Assembly: GCA_040752415.1 (NCBI GenBank) | Contig: JBFMGU010000131.1 | Location: forward strand, 1 to 29,548 | DNA length: 29,548 nt | Reading direction: 5' to 3' | Source of the DNA: Myxococcota bacterium | GTDB lineage: Bacteria > Myxococcota > JACRCW01 | Shown here: positions 1-8,382 of the stretch, one piece after another | Numbering within the stretch: the first letter of the stretch is position 1 | How the letters are laid out: every line of letters begins with the position of its first letter | Notes under the pieces: generated by a model | Seen by the model: the letters and a program-made list of their open reading frames with translations, nothing else | Databases searched by the model: none | What the model was told of the DNA's origin: nothing | Made by a program: the position numbers and the translations under genes

Positions 1-1
1 G

Positions 2-2560
2 GGCGCTCCCGCCGCGCCGGCAAACCCATTTGGCGCCCCCGCCAGCAACCCCTTCGGCGCGGCTCCGGCGGCCAACCCCTTTGGCCCGCCCCCCGGCGGC
101 GCCGCGGCCCCCAACCCCTTTGGCGCCCCTCCGGCTGGCGCCAAGCCCGCCAACCCCTTTGGCGCGCCCGCCTCGGATCCGTTTGGCGGTGGCGGTCCCA
201 AGCCCGGCGGCGACGCGTTCAACGCTCCGCCCCCCGCGGGGTCCGGCAAAAACCTGCCCGCGGGCAGCCCCTTCAGCTTCACGCCGGCCGGCGCCCCTCC
301 CGCGGCCCCCGGCGGAGCGCCCGACGGAGGTGGTGGGGGCGGAGACCCGTTCTCCCCCGCGCCGGCGGCGGGCGGTGGCGGCTCGGACCCGTTCGACTCC
401 GCGCTGGACACGGTGGATTCCGCCGCGCCCGGCAGCAAGGAAGCGCGCGAGTGGCGCATCAAGCTCCCCGACGGAACCATGCTCGGGCCCCTCACCCAGG
501 ACGAGGTGCGCAACAAGATCAAGGCGGGTGAGATCACCAAGGACGCGCAGGCCGCCCAGGGCAACACCAACTTCCGCCCCATCACCGGGTACGGCTCCCT
601 GGCCGTGGTGTTCCGCGGGCCGGACAGCAAGGCCCAGAAGGTGGTCTACCGCAAGCAGGACAGCGGTGCGGGCAAGTGGATTGCGCTGGGCGCGTTGCTG
701 CTGGTGGGTGCGGGTGGCGCCACGGGGTGGATGTACAAGGACAAGTTCCTCAAGCCCGCGGCGGTGGAGGCGGACAACATCTTCGTCCGTCGGGCGCAGA
801 TGTGGCGCCTGCAGTTCCCCGACGTGGAAGGCACCAGCGAGGAGCACGTCATCAAGGGCATCAAGTACTTCCGCGACGACACCACGCTGGGCTACCGCCT
901 TGCCGACGAGGAATTCCACAAGGCCCTGGTGCTGGACCCCGACAACATCGAGGCCATTGGCGCGTACGTGGAGAACTTCGCGCTGCTGCCCTCGCGTCGC
1001 ACCGACGCGGAGGCCATCAAGGACGCGATGGACGGCATTGACTACGCCATCAAGAAGGCGCCTCGTCGTGCCCGCCTGCACCGCGCCAATGGCGCCCTGC
1101 TGCTCAAGATCGGCAACATTGACGCCGCGCAGGCCGCGCTGGCGCAGGCGCTCCGCCTGGAGCCGCAGGACGCCGAGAGCAAGCTGCTGATGGCCCAGAC
1201 CAATCTCGACCGCAACGTCGGTGAGTCGGTGAAGCTGACGGAAGAAGCCATCCGCATTGACCCGGAGCTCAAGCGCGCCAGCTACATCCTGGGTCAGGCC
1301 TACCAGAAGCAGGGCCGCTTCAAGACCGCGCTCAACCAGTTCCGCTCCCGGCTGGCCAAGGACAAGGACCACAAGGAGACGCTGCTGGCCATTGCGCGGC
1401 TCTTCGTCGAGGTGGGGGACTTCCCGCAGGCGGTGCAGAACCTGGAGAAGGTCCTGGAGATCGACCCCAAGAACGTGGCGGCGCGGCTGCAGCTGGCCAA
1501 GGTGCTCTACCAGGGCCTGGGTGACCTCAAGAAGGCCGAGCAGCAGCTCAACGAGCTGGTCAACACCATGGGCACCGAGGCCGGAGAGCTGGCGCGCGAC
1601 GTCTACACGCACCAGGCCTTTGTGCTGGGAGAGCGCGGCAAGTGGAAGGAGGCCGAGGAGGCCGTCAACCTGGCGCTCAAGGATGACCCCAGCCACGGGC
1701 CGGCGCTGTATGTGGCCGGTCGCGTGTTCAAGCGGCGCGGCGCGGCGGCGGAGGCCCGGGAGAAGCTGGAAAAGGCGGTGACGCAGGTCTCCGGCTCGTA
1801 CCTGGAGGCACCGGTGCGCACCATGCTGGCCGACGTGCTGCGCGAGCAGAACCAGCACCAGGAAGCCATCCGCAACTACAACCACGTCATGAAGAACGAC
1901 GCGCGCTACGTCCGCGCGTACCTGGGCGCGGCGTCATTGCACGCGGAGACGGGGAACATGCAGCAGGCCGCGGCGGTGATGCGTGAGGTGCTGGACATTG
2001 ACCCGTTCCACCGCACCGACCACTTCTACTTCACCGACTACCCCGAGACGCCCAGCGACACGCAGGCCTACCGGTCCGCCTGGACCAAGTCCAAGCCCGA
2101 CGACAACGACCGCTCCCTGGTGTTCTCCTCGGAGGGCATCACCGCGTTCCACGCCGACCAGCTGGACGACGCCTTCAGCCTGCTCAAGAAGGCGCTGGCG
2201 GATGACCAGAACAACCTGGGCGCCAGCATGTACCTGGGCGCGGCCATGCTGGCGAAGAAGAACGCCAAGGAAGCGCAGAGCTACCTGGAGAAGGCCACCA
2301 CCACCAACAAGCTCCACGTGCGGACCATGTACCTGCAGGCCCGTGCGTTCCAGCTGGCCGGCGCGTTCGACAAGGCGGAGCAGAAGTTCCAGGAGGTGCG
2401 TGACGCCGACGGGAACTTCGTGGCGGCCATGAACGCCGGCGGTGAGATGGCGCTGCGCAAGGGTGAGGACGAGAGGGCGCGTGACCTGTTCCTGGACGCC
2501 TTCCGCGCCGACCAGGATTTCACGCCGGCCAAGGCCAACCTCCTGAAGTGCAACTACTGA
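2..2560 (+). CDS. 5'-truncated membrane protein: Pro/Gly-rich NPFG/DPF-repeat region, GYF_2 (DUF4339)-like domain, one TM helix, long TPR array
   Basis: The frame of the 413..2560 ORF is open back to position 2 (GAPAAPANPFGAPASNPFG...), so the true start lies left of the window. WRIKLPDGTMLGPLTQDEVRNKIKAGEI resembles GYF_2. WIALGALLLVGAGGATGW is a TM helix. Repeated A..A...DP TPR helices run to the TGA at 2558-2560. Confidence 0.85.
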   Translation, partial: GAPAAPANPFGAPASNPFGAAPAANPFGPPPGGAAAPNPFGAPPAGAKPANPFGAPASDPFGGGGPKPGGDAFNAPPPAGSGKNLPAGSPFSFTPAGAPPAAPGGAPDGGGGGGDPFSPAPAAGGGGSDPFDSALDTVDSAAPGSKEAREWRIKLPDGTMLGPLTQDEVRNKIKAGEITKDAQAAQGNTNFRPITGYGSLAVVFRGPDSKAQKVVYRKQDSGAGKWIALGALLLVGAGGATGWMYKDKFLKPAAVEADNIFVRRAQMWRLQFPDVEGTSEEHVIKGIKYFRDDTTLGYRLADEEFHKALVLDPDNIEAIGAYVENFALLPSRRTDAEAIKDAMDGIDYAIKKAPRRARLHRANGALLLKIGNIDAAQAALAQALRLEPQDAESKLLMAQTNLDRNVGESVKLTEEAIRIDPELKRASYILGQAYQKQGRFKTALNQFRSRLAKDKDHKETLLAIARLFVEVGDFPQAVQNLEKVLEIDPKNVAARLQLAKVLYQGLGDLKKAEQQLNELVNTMGTEAGELARDVYTHQAFVLGERGKWKEAEEAVNLALKDDPSHGPALYVAGRVFKRRGAAAEAREKLEKAVTQVSGSYLEAPVRTMLADVLREQNQHQEAIRNYNHVMKNDARYVRAYLGAASLHAETGNMQQAAAVMREVLDIDPFHRTDHFYFTDYPETPSDTQAYRSAWTKSKPDDNDRSLVFSSEGITAFHADQLDDAFSLLKKALADDQNNLGASMYLGAAMLAKKNAKEAQSYLEKATTTNKLHVRTMYLQARAFQLAGAFDKAEQKFQEVRDADGNFVAAMNAGGEMALRKGEDERARDLFLDAFRADQDFTPAKANLLKCNY
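23..394 (+). repeat. Coding repeat: five NPFG units (AACCC[AC]TT[TC]GGC at 23, 47, 74, 113, 152) plus DPF at 176, 344 and 386
   Basis: Read directly from the sequence. All units are in frame 2 of the first CDS. Confidence 0.9.
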
Positions 2561-2709
2561 CGGTTGCTCCGGGCGGTGTCGCGGGCGCGGGCCCTTGCCA
2601 ATGGCCCCCCACGGTTTGCTCCAGCTTGACTTTCCCGCGTCGAACGGGCACCACGCGCCGTCCCGCCGCGCGGGTGGATCACTTCCGTGGCCCCATTTGA
2701 GGAGAAGAC

Positions 2710-3975
2710 ATGACCGCACAGAACTACAAGGTTGCGAACATCAAGCTGGCGGAAGAGGGCCGCCTGAAGATCGAGTGGGCGGAGAGCCGCATGCCGGTGC
2801 TCATGCACCTGCGCGAGAAGTTCAAGAAGGACCAGCCGTTCAAGGGCCACAAGATTGCCGGCTGCCTGCACGTCACCAAGGAAACCGCGGTGCTCATCCG
2901 CACGCTGCGCGCCGCCGGCGCGGAGGTGGTGTGGAGCGGCTGCAACCCGCTGTCCACGCAGGATGACGTGGCCGCCGCGCTCGCCGCCGAGGGAACCAGC
3001 ATCTACGCCTGGCACGGCCAGAACACCGAGGAGTTCTACTGGTGCATCGACAAGTGTGTGGAAGCCAAGCCCACGCTGACCCTGGATGACGGCGCGGACC
3101 TCATCTTCACGGTGCACAAGAAGTACCCGGAGCTGGCCAAGACCATCCACGGCGGCACCGAGGAGACCACCACCGGCGTGCAGCGCCTCCGCGCCATGGC
3201 CGCCGACGGCAAGCTGGTCTACCCCGTCATCGGCGTGAACGACTCCGAGACCAAGTGGGACTTCGACAACGTCTACGGCACGGGTCAGTCCTCCCTGGAC
3301 GGCATCCTGCGCGGCTCCTCGGTGCTGATTGCCGGGAAGAACTTCGTGGTGGCCGGCTTTGGTCACTGCGGCAAGGGCGTGGCCATGCGCGCGCGTGGCA
3401 TGGGCGCCAACGTGATTGTCACCGAGATCAAGCCCACCGCGGCCCTCAAGGCGCGCATGGAAGGCTACACGGTGATGACCATGGATGAGGCCGCCAAGGT
3501 GGGCGACATCTTCATCACCGCCACCGGCATGAAGGACGTCATCGTCGAGCGGCACTTTGCGTCCATGAAGGACGGCGCGGTGGTCTGCAACACCGGCCAC
3601 TACGACTGCGAGCTCAACCTGGTGCAGCTGAAGAACATGTCCAAGAGCGTGCGTCGCGTGCGCGACAACAACGAGGAGTACACGCTCAAGAGCAACGGCC
3701 ACCGCGTCTACGTCATTGGCCAGGGCCGCCTGGTGAACCTGGCCGCCGCGGAGGGCCACCCCTCCGAGGTGATGGACATGAGCTTCGCCAACCAGTTCCT
3801 GGCGATGGTGAAGATGGCGTCCGAGGGCAAGAAGATGAAGCCGGACGTCTACGTGCTGCCGGCGGAGCAGGACCAGGAGCTGGCGATGATGAAGCTCGGC
3901 ACCATGGGCATCAGCATCGACAAGCTCACCGAGGAGCAGAAGCGGTACGCCAACGACTACAGCGCTGGCACCTGA
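2710..3975 (+). CDS. ahcY: Adenosylhomocysteinase (SAH hydrolase), short form
   Basis: Motifs GCLHVTKETAVL, CNPLSTQD, LDDGADL, EETTTG, FDNVYGTGQS, GFGHCGKG (NAD-binding) and GRLVNLAAAEGHP. SD GAGGAG at 2699-2704. Confidence 0.97.
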   Translation: MTAQNYKVANIKLAEEGRLKIEWAESRMPVLMHLREKFKKDQPFKGHKIAGCLHVTKETAVLIRTLRAAGAEVVWSGCNPLSTQDDVAAALAAEGTSIYAWHGQNTEEFYWCIDKCVEAKPTLTLDDGADLIFTVHKKYPELAKTIHGGTEETTTGVQRLRAMAADGKLVYPVIGVNDSETKWDFDNVYGTGQSSLDGILRGSSVLIAGKNFVVAGFGHCGKGVAMRARGMGANVIVTEIKPTAALKARMEGYTVMTMDEAAKVGDIFITATGMKDVIVERHFASMKDGAVVCNTGHYDCELNLVQLKNMSKSVRRVRDNNEEYTLKSNGHRVYVIGQGRLVNLAAAEGHPSEVMDMSFANQFLAMVKMASEGKKMKPDVYVLPAEQDQELAMMKLGTMGISIDKLTEEQKRYANDYSAGT

Positions 3976-4052
3976 TTCCTCCGCACCCCACGCCGGGCGC
4001 GGCCACCTTCCCGCGTCCGGCCCCCTCCCCTCCCACAATCCAGAGCAGCATG

Positions 4053-4070
4053 GCAGCGGAAACCCGCTGC
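4053..4070. terminator. Possible terminator or stabilising hairpin between convergent ahcY and kinase genes
   Basis: Perfect 7-bp stem GCAGCGG-AAAC-CCGCTGC, but no U-tract on either side. Confidence 0.3.
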
Positions 4071-4095
4071 GCGCGGTACGCCTGCCGTCACGACG

Positions 4096-5481
4096 TCACG
4101 GCGCGCGCATCAGGAACCACGCCACCGCGCCGCCCACGGCCAGGAGCGCTGCCGCCGCCGCTGCAATCAGACCGGTGCGCGTGGGGGCCTTGGACGGTGC
4201 AGACGACGACCGCTGCGACGGAGCCACGGCGCCGTTGGCAATGGCCCGCGCGACCCTGGCGTCACCTTCCAGCTCGGTAGGGCCGGTGTCCGGGAAGAGG
4301 TCTTCCTCGTTGCCCTTCACCGGGATGACGTGGCGGAACTGGCCGCCCGCGGGACGGGACAACGCCTCTTCCAAGACGGTGCGCGGGTCGTCGGGAGAGC
4401 GGTTGTCACGGACCGGGGCGGGCGACTGGGCCGTGGGGGGCTTCACATCGGCAACCCTGGCGCGCGCCGGGGCGGTCTTCCCCTCCTGCACCACCGGGGC
4501 CTTGGGCGGCTTGGGCGCGGGCGTGACCTCGTGCTCGGCCTTTCCGCCAAACAACGAGCCCATGTAGTCGGCCAGCGTGCCGGCAGCGCGCGGAATCCGG
4601 CCGCTCTGCTGCAGCGCAATCAGCTCCAGGCGCAGCTCGTTGGCGTCGGGGAAACGCTCCCGCGCCCACTTTCCCAGGCAGCGACGCACCACGGGTGCCA
4701 GCAACGCCACGTCGGGGCGGACCCCCTCCAGCGACGGGGGCTCCTCCCGCTGCACCGCGGTCAGCGTCTCCACCACGCTGTTGCGGTGGAACGGGTTGTG
4801 GCCCGTGCACATCTCGTACGCCACGATGCCGAGCGCGAACATGTCGCTGCGTCCGTCGAGCTCCTCACCCGCGGACTGCTCCGGGCTCATGTAGACGTAC
4901 TTGCCCTTGATGGTCCCCGCCTCCGTGCGGTGCACGTTGATGGCGCTCTTGGCAATGCCGAAGTCGATGATCTTCACCTCGCCGTGGAAGCTGACCAGCA
5001 GGTTCTGCGGCGTGATGTCCCGGTGGACAATCTGCAGCGGTTGACCCGAGGAGTCCTTCAACGTGTGCGCGTAATGCAGCCCCGCGCAGACCTGCACCAG
5101 GATCTCCAGGATGTGCTGCAGCGGGATGGGCTGGGCGCGGGCGTTGGCGGCGTCAATGACGTCGCGGAGGGAGCGGCCATGCACGTACTCCATGGCCAGG
5201 TAGAAGTGCTCATCCTCCTCGCCCAGGTCGAAGATCTGCACCACGTTGGAGTGGCTGAGCAGCGCAGCCACGCGCGCCTCGCTGAAGAACATCTCGCGGT
5301 AGGACTGCTTGTCCTCGTGCCGCGTCAGCATGCGCTTGATGACCAGCGTCTTCTCAAAGCCCACCGGCCCCTGCTGCTTGGCCAGGTAGACCTCTCCCAT
5401 GCCGCCGGCCGCCAGCTTCTTGATCAGCTGGTACTTGCCAAACCGCTCCAGCACGGGTGTGGCAGAGGCCGCGGTGGTCAT
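4096..5481 (-). CDS. Hanks-type Ser/Thr protein kinase with a C-terminal TM helix
   Basis: Motifs LAAGGMGEVY, VIK, HRDITPQN, DFG, GTIKGKYVYMSPEQ and DMFALG. Hydrophobic tail LIAAAAAALLAVGGAVAWFL. ATG at 5481 preferred; GTG at 5487 is an alternative. Confidence 0.95.
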   Translation of the reverse strand: MTTAASATPVLERFGKYQLIKKLAAGGMGEVYLAKQQGPVGFEKTLVIKRMLTRHEDKQSYREMFFSEARVAALLSHSNVVQIFDLGEEDEHFYLAMEYVHGRSLRDVIDAANARAQPIPLQHILEILVQVCAGLHYAHTLKDSSGQPLQIVHRDITPQNLLVSFHGEVKIIDFGIAKSAINVHRTEAGTIKGKYVYMSPEQSAGEELDGRSDMFALGIVAYEMCTGHNPFHRNSVVETLTAVQREEPPSLEGVRPDVALLAPVVRRCLGKWARERFPDANELRLELIALQQSGRIPRAAGTLADYMGSLFGGKAEHEVTPAPKPPKAPVVQEGKTAPARARVADVKPPTAQSPAPVRDNRSPDDPRTVLEEALSRPAGGQFRHVIPVKGNEEDLFPDTGPTELEGDARVARAIANGAVAPSQRSSSAPSKAPTRTGLIAAAAAALLAVGGAVAWFLMRAP

Positions 5482-5489
5482 GCCCACGC

Positions 5490-5519
5490 AGTATGGGCGA
5501 GTGGGGGCCCCGGCCTCAA
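5490..5519 (-). promoter_or_regulatory. Putative sigma70-type promoter for the kinase (TTGAGG-18-CATACT)
   Basis: Hexamers read on the minus strand. The -10 ends 8 nt before the ATG and no SD is visible. Confidence 0.4.
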
Positions 5520-5531
5520 ATCCTGGACCAC

Positions 5532-7394
5532 CTACACGGCGCTGATCCGGCCATCCACCACGCGGCCGCTGTCGCCCTTCTTGCGCTCCTGGGCCAATGC
5601 CGCGGCCACCTCGGGGCGCTTCTCCACAATCACGTCGTGGAGCACCAGCATGTCGATCTGCGTGCCCAGGAAGCAGCGGATGGCGTCGGCCGGGGTGTTC
5701 ACAATCGGCTCGCCCTTGATGTTGAAGCTGGTGTTCATGATCACCGGGACGCCGGTGAGCTTCTCAAACGCGCTGATCAGGCCGTGGAAACGAGGGTTGT
5801 CCTCCTTGCTCACCGTCTGCACACGCGCGCTCCCATCCACGTGGGTCACCGCGGGGATCCTCGTCCGCTTGTCCTCGTGGACGGGGACCACGAACAGCAT
5901 GAATGGGCTGTCCGGCAGGCCCTTGAGGTCGAACCACTCCTGCGCCTTCTCGGCGAGGCAGGCGGGGGCAAACGGGCGGAAGCCCTCCCGCAGCTTCACG
6001 GCGTGGTTCACAATGTCCTTCATGTCGTCGCGACGCGCGTCCGCCAGGATGCTGCGGTTGCCCAGCGCGCGCGGACCCCACTCCATCCGGCCCTGGTACC
6101 AGCCCACCACCTTCCCGTCGGCAATGGCCTGGGCCACGGTGGCGGAGAGGTCGGCGGGGCGGACGTGGGTGATCTTCTCGTCGTACTCCTTGAGCGCGGA
6201 CTCCACCGCGGTGTGGTCGTGGGCGGGGCCCAGGTAGCGGTGACGCTTCTGCTGGAAGTGGCGCGGCTGCTTGAGCAGGTTGTGGTAGCCCACCAGGGCG
6301 GCGCCCACGCTGCAGCCCGCGTCGTGGGCGGCGGGGTGGATCCAGACGCCGTCAAACAGGCCGCTCCGCGCGATCTTGCCGTTCATCGTCGAGTTCAGCG
6401 CCACGCCGCCGGCCATGCACAGGTTCTTCATCCCGGTCTGCTTCTGCAGGCGCGCCAGGGAGTGCAGCACCGTCTCCTCCAGGCACTCCTGCAGCGACGC
6501 GGCGATGTCCATGTGCCGCTGCTCAATGGGGTCCTTCTCCTTGCGCGGCTTGCCCAGCGGCCCGGTCAGCGCGGGGGGGAACACGCCCACGCCGCTGCGG
6601 TCCAACGTGGCCATCATCTGGACCATCAGGCCCTGGTCCACCTCGTACTTTCCGTCGTCATGGCGGCGCACCACGGTGCGGAAGAAGTCGCGGTAGGCGG
6701 AGCGGTCACCGTAGGGCGCCAGGCCCATCACCTTGTACTCGTCGCTGCCGGGGGTGAAGCCCAGGTAGTCGGTGACGAACATGTAGAGGAAGCCCAGGCT
6801 GTTGGGGACCAGCACCTCGTGCAGCGTCTCCACCTTGGTCCCGCGCGCCACCGCCACCATGCTGCTGCTGCTCTCACCGGAGGCATCCAGCGTCACGCAC
6901 AGCGCCTCCTCGAACGGTGAGTCATAGAACGTGCTCCCGACGTGACAGAGGTGGTGAGGAACGGCGGCCCACTGCTTCTCACGCAGGGTGATGCCCGCGT
7001 CGCGCTCAAAGGCCTTGCGGCTCTTCTCGTTGTCGTAGCCGGCGAGCTTGTTGAAGGTCTGCATGGTGCGCAGGACCGTCCAGGTACCCAGCTTCTCAAG
7101 GACGTTCATGCTGCCCTGGTTCTGCGTCAGCATCTCCTGGCGGAACATGAGCGGGTAGGACCAGTAGTAGGCAATCAGGTCCACCTCCTCGAGCGACTTG
7201 AGGCCCGCCTCCTTGAGACAGAACTCGATGGCGTGGCGCGGGAAGCGACCGGAGTGCTTCTCCCGGTTGAAACGCTCCTCCTCGCACGCGGCCACCAGCT
7301 CGCCGTCGACCACGATGGCCGCCGCGGAGTCATGACCCGCGCCGAACTTTCCGGGATAGCCCTCGAGGGCACCGTTGTAGCCAAGGACCTTCAT
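5532..7394 (-). CDS. NodU/CmcH-family O-carbamoyltransferase
   Basis: Starts MKVLGYNG, with a GAGGT SD upstream. Motifs HDSAAA, EEERFNREKH, HHLCH, EYKVMGLAPYG, GGVALN, GRMEWGPRALGNRSIL, FRPFAP, HVDGSARVQTV and NTSFN. Confidence 0.93.
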   Translation of the reverse strand: MKVLGYNGALEGYPGKFGAGHDSAAAIVVDGELVAACEEERFNREKHSGRFPRHAIEFCLKEAGLKSLEEVDLIAYYWSYPLMFRQEMLTQNQGSMNVLEKLGTWTVLRTMQTFNKLAGYDNEKSRKAFERDAGITLREKQWAAVPHHLCHVGSTFYDSPFEEALCVTLDASGESSSSMVAVARGTKVETLHEVLVPNSLGFLYMFVTDYLGFTPGSDEYKVMGLAPYGDRSAYRDFFRTVVRRHDDGKYEVDQGLMVQMMATLDRSGVGVFPPALTGPLGKPRKEKDPIEQRHMDIAASLQECLEETVLHSLARLQKQTGMKNLCMAGGVALNSTMNGKIARSGLFDGVWIHPAAHDAGCSVGAALVGYHNLLKQPRHFQQKRHRYLGPAHDHTAVESALKEYDEKITHVRPADLSATVAQAIADGKVVGWYQGRMEWGPRALGNRSILADARRDDMKDIVNHAVKLREGFRPFAPACLAEKAQEWFDLKGLPDSPFMLFVVPVHEDKRTRIPAVTHVDGSARVQTVSKEDNPRFHGLISAFEKLTGVPVIMNTSFNIKGEPIVNTPADAIRCFLGTQIDMLVLHDVIVEKRPEVAAALAQERKKGDSGRVVDGRISAV

Positions 7395-7475
7395 GACGAC
7401 CTCACTGCCTCCGTTGACGGGGGGCGCACTCAACCTGAGCGGGGCGCGGTGTGCAAGCGTTCCGCGCGCTGCGGC

Positions 7476-7504
7476 TTGTCCTTTGCCGGGACGGGAACCA
7501 TGAT
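7476..7504 (+). promoter_or_regulatory. Putative sigma70-type promoter (TTGTCC-17-CATGAT) for the lipoprotein gene
   Basis: 17-bp spacer. The -10 ends 8 nt before the ATG at 7513 and there is no SD. Confidence 0.45.
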
Positions 7505-7512
7505 CCGCGGCC

Positions 7513-8355
7513 ATGAGACGCGCCTGCCTGCTGCCCCTGCTCCTGGCGGCCTGTGACCTCCTGCCCCAGCCCAAGAAGACCTACAGCTCGGACATTGGCG
7601 TGACCCCGGTGCCGCTCGAGGAGGGGCAGCTGGCGGGGACGTGGGTGGGGCAGCTGGAGTTTGCCACGGTGGTGGATACCGGCGTGGTGGGGGAGCGCAA
7701 CGCGGGCGCCAACGGTGGACGCGTCATCACCATCACGTGGAACGCGGACTCCGGCACGTACACCATGGACCTGCGCTGGTGCTGGGACGACATCTTCGAG
7801 GTGGAGGGACAGAAGAGCACGTTCACCGAGGAGACGTTACACGCGCTGCGGCCGGTGATCCTGAACATGCACGTGGATCACGCGGGCGGGACCCTGGACA
7901 CCGACGTCATTCCCGACGTGTGGGGCGTGCAGAACCTGCCGGACCCGTTCAACACGCCGCTGCCCAACAAGGATGACTACCAGTCCGAGCCGCAGAGCAC
8001 GTGGATGCTTGACGAGGATGGCGACGGGAAACCGGGCGTCACCGTGCACCTGGAGACGAGCTTTGGTCAGGGCGAGGGGTACATCGTCAACCGGTCCATC
8101 TGGAAGCTGCACGGCGTGGCGCGTTCCGTCGACGAGCTGGTGGGGCTGGTCCAGACCGAGAGGCTGCAGCAGAACCTGCTGGATTCCACGCTGGTGGTGG
8201 CGGGGAAGAACTACGCGGGGGAGACCAAGCAGCGCCCCGACGAGAACCCCAAGGCCAGCTGGTTCCAGATGATCCGCGCGCGCGACGGGGCCACCTGCGA
8301 GGACGCCAAGGCGGCCCGCGCCGACGGAAGGCTGCCGGCAACGCGACCGTTCTGA
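7513..8355 (+). CDS. Hypothetical lipoprotein with a DxDGDG Ca2+-binding-like motif
   Basis: Signal peptide and lipobox MRRACLLPLLLAAC. Contains DEDGDGKPG. Codon pattern is strongly GC3-biased. Confidence 0.8.
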   Translation: MRRACLLPLLLAACDLLPQPKKTYSSDIGVTPVPLEEGQLAGTWVGQLEFATVVDTGVVGERNAGANGGRVITITWNADSGTYTMDLRWCWDDIFEVEGQKSTFTEETLHALRPVILNMHVDHAGGTLDTDVIPDVWGVQNLPDPFNTPLPNKDDYQSEPQSTWMLDEDGDGKPGVTVHLETSFGQGEGYIVNRSIWKLHGVARSVDELVGLVQTERLQQNLLDSTLVVAGKNYAGETKQRPDENPKASWFQMIRARDGATCEDAKAARADGRLPATRPF

Positions 8356-8382
8356 CCACGGAACGCCCGTGACCCGACGACG

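Noticed and set aside
23..163. Regularly recurring 12-bp repeat as a CRISPR array
   Set aside because: The repeat is too short, the periods are 24, 27, 39 and 39 (all multiples of 3), the variation is synonymous and there are no cas genes. It is a protein-coding NPFG repeat.
2561..2709. SAH or SAM riboswitch upstream of ahcY
   Set aside because: I could not find the GAGGAGCG...CAGGCUC core expected of the SAH riboswitch. Only an SD and a lone TTGACT with a poor -10 are present.
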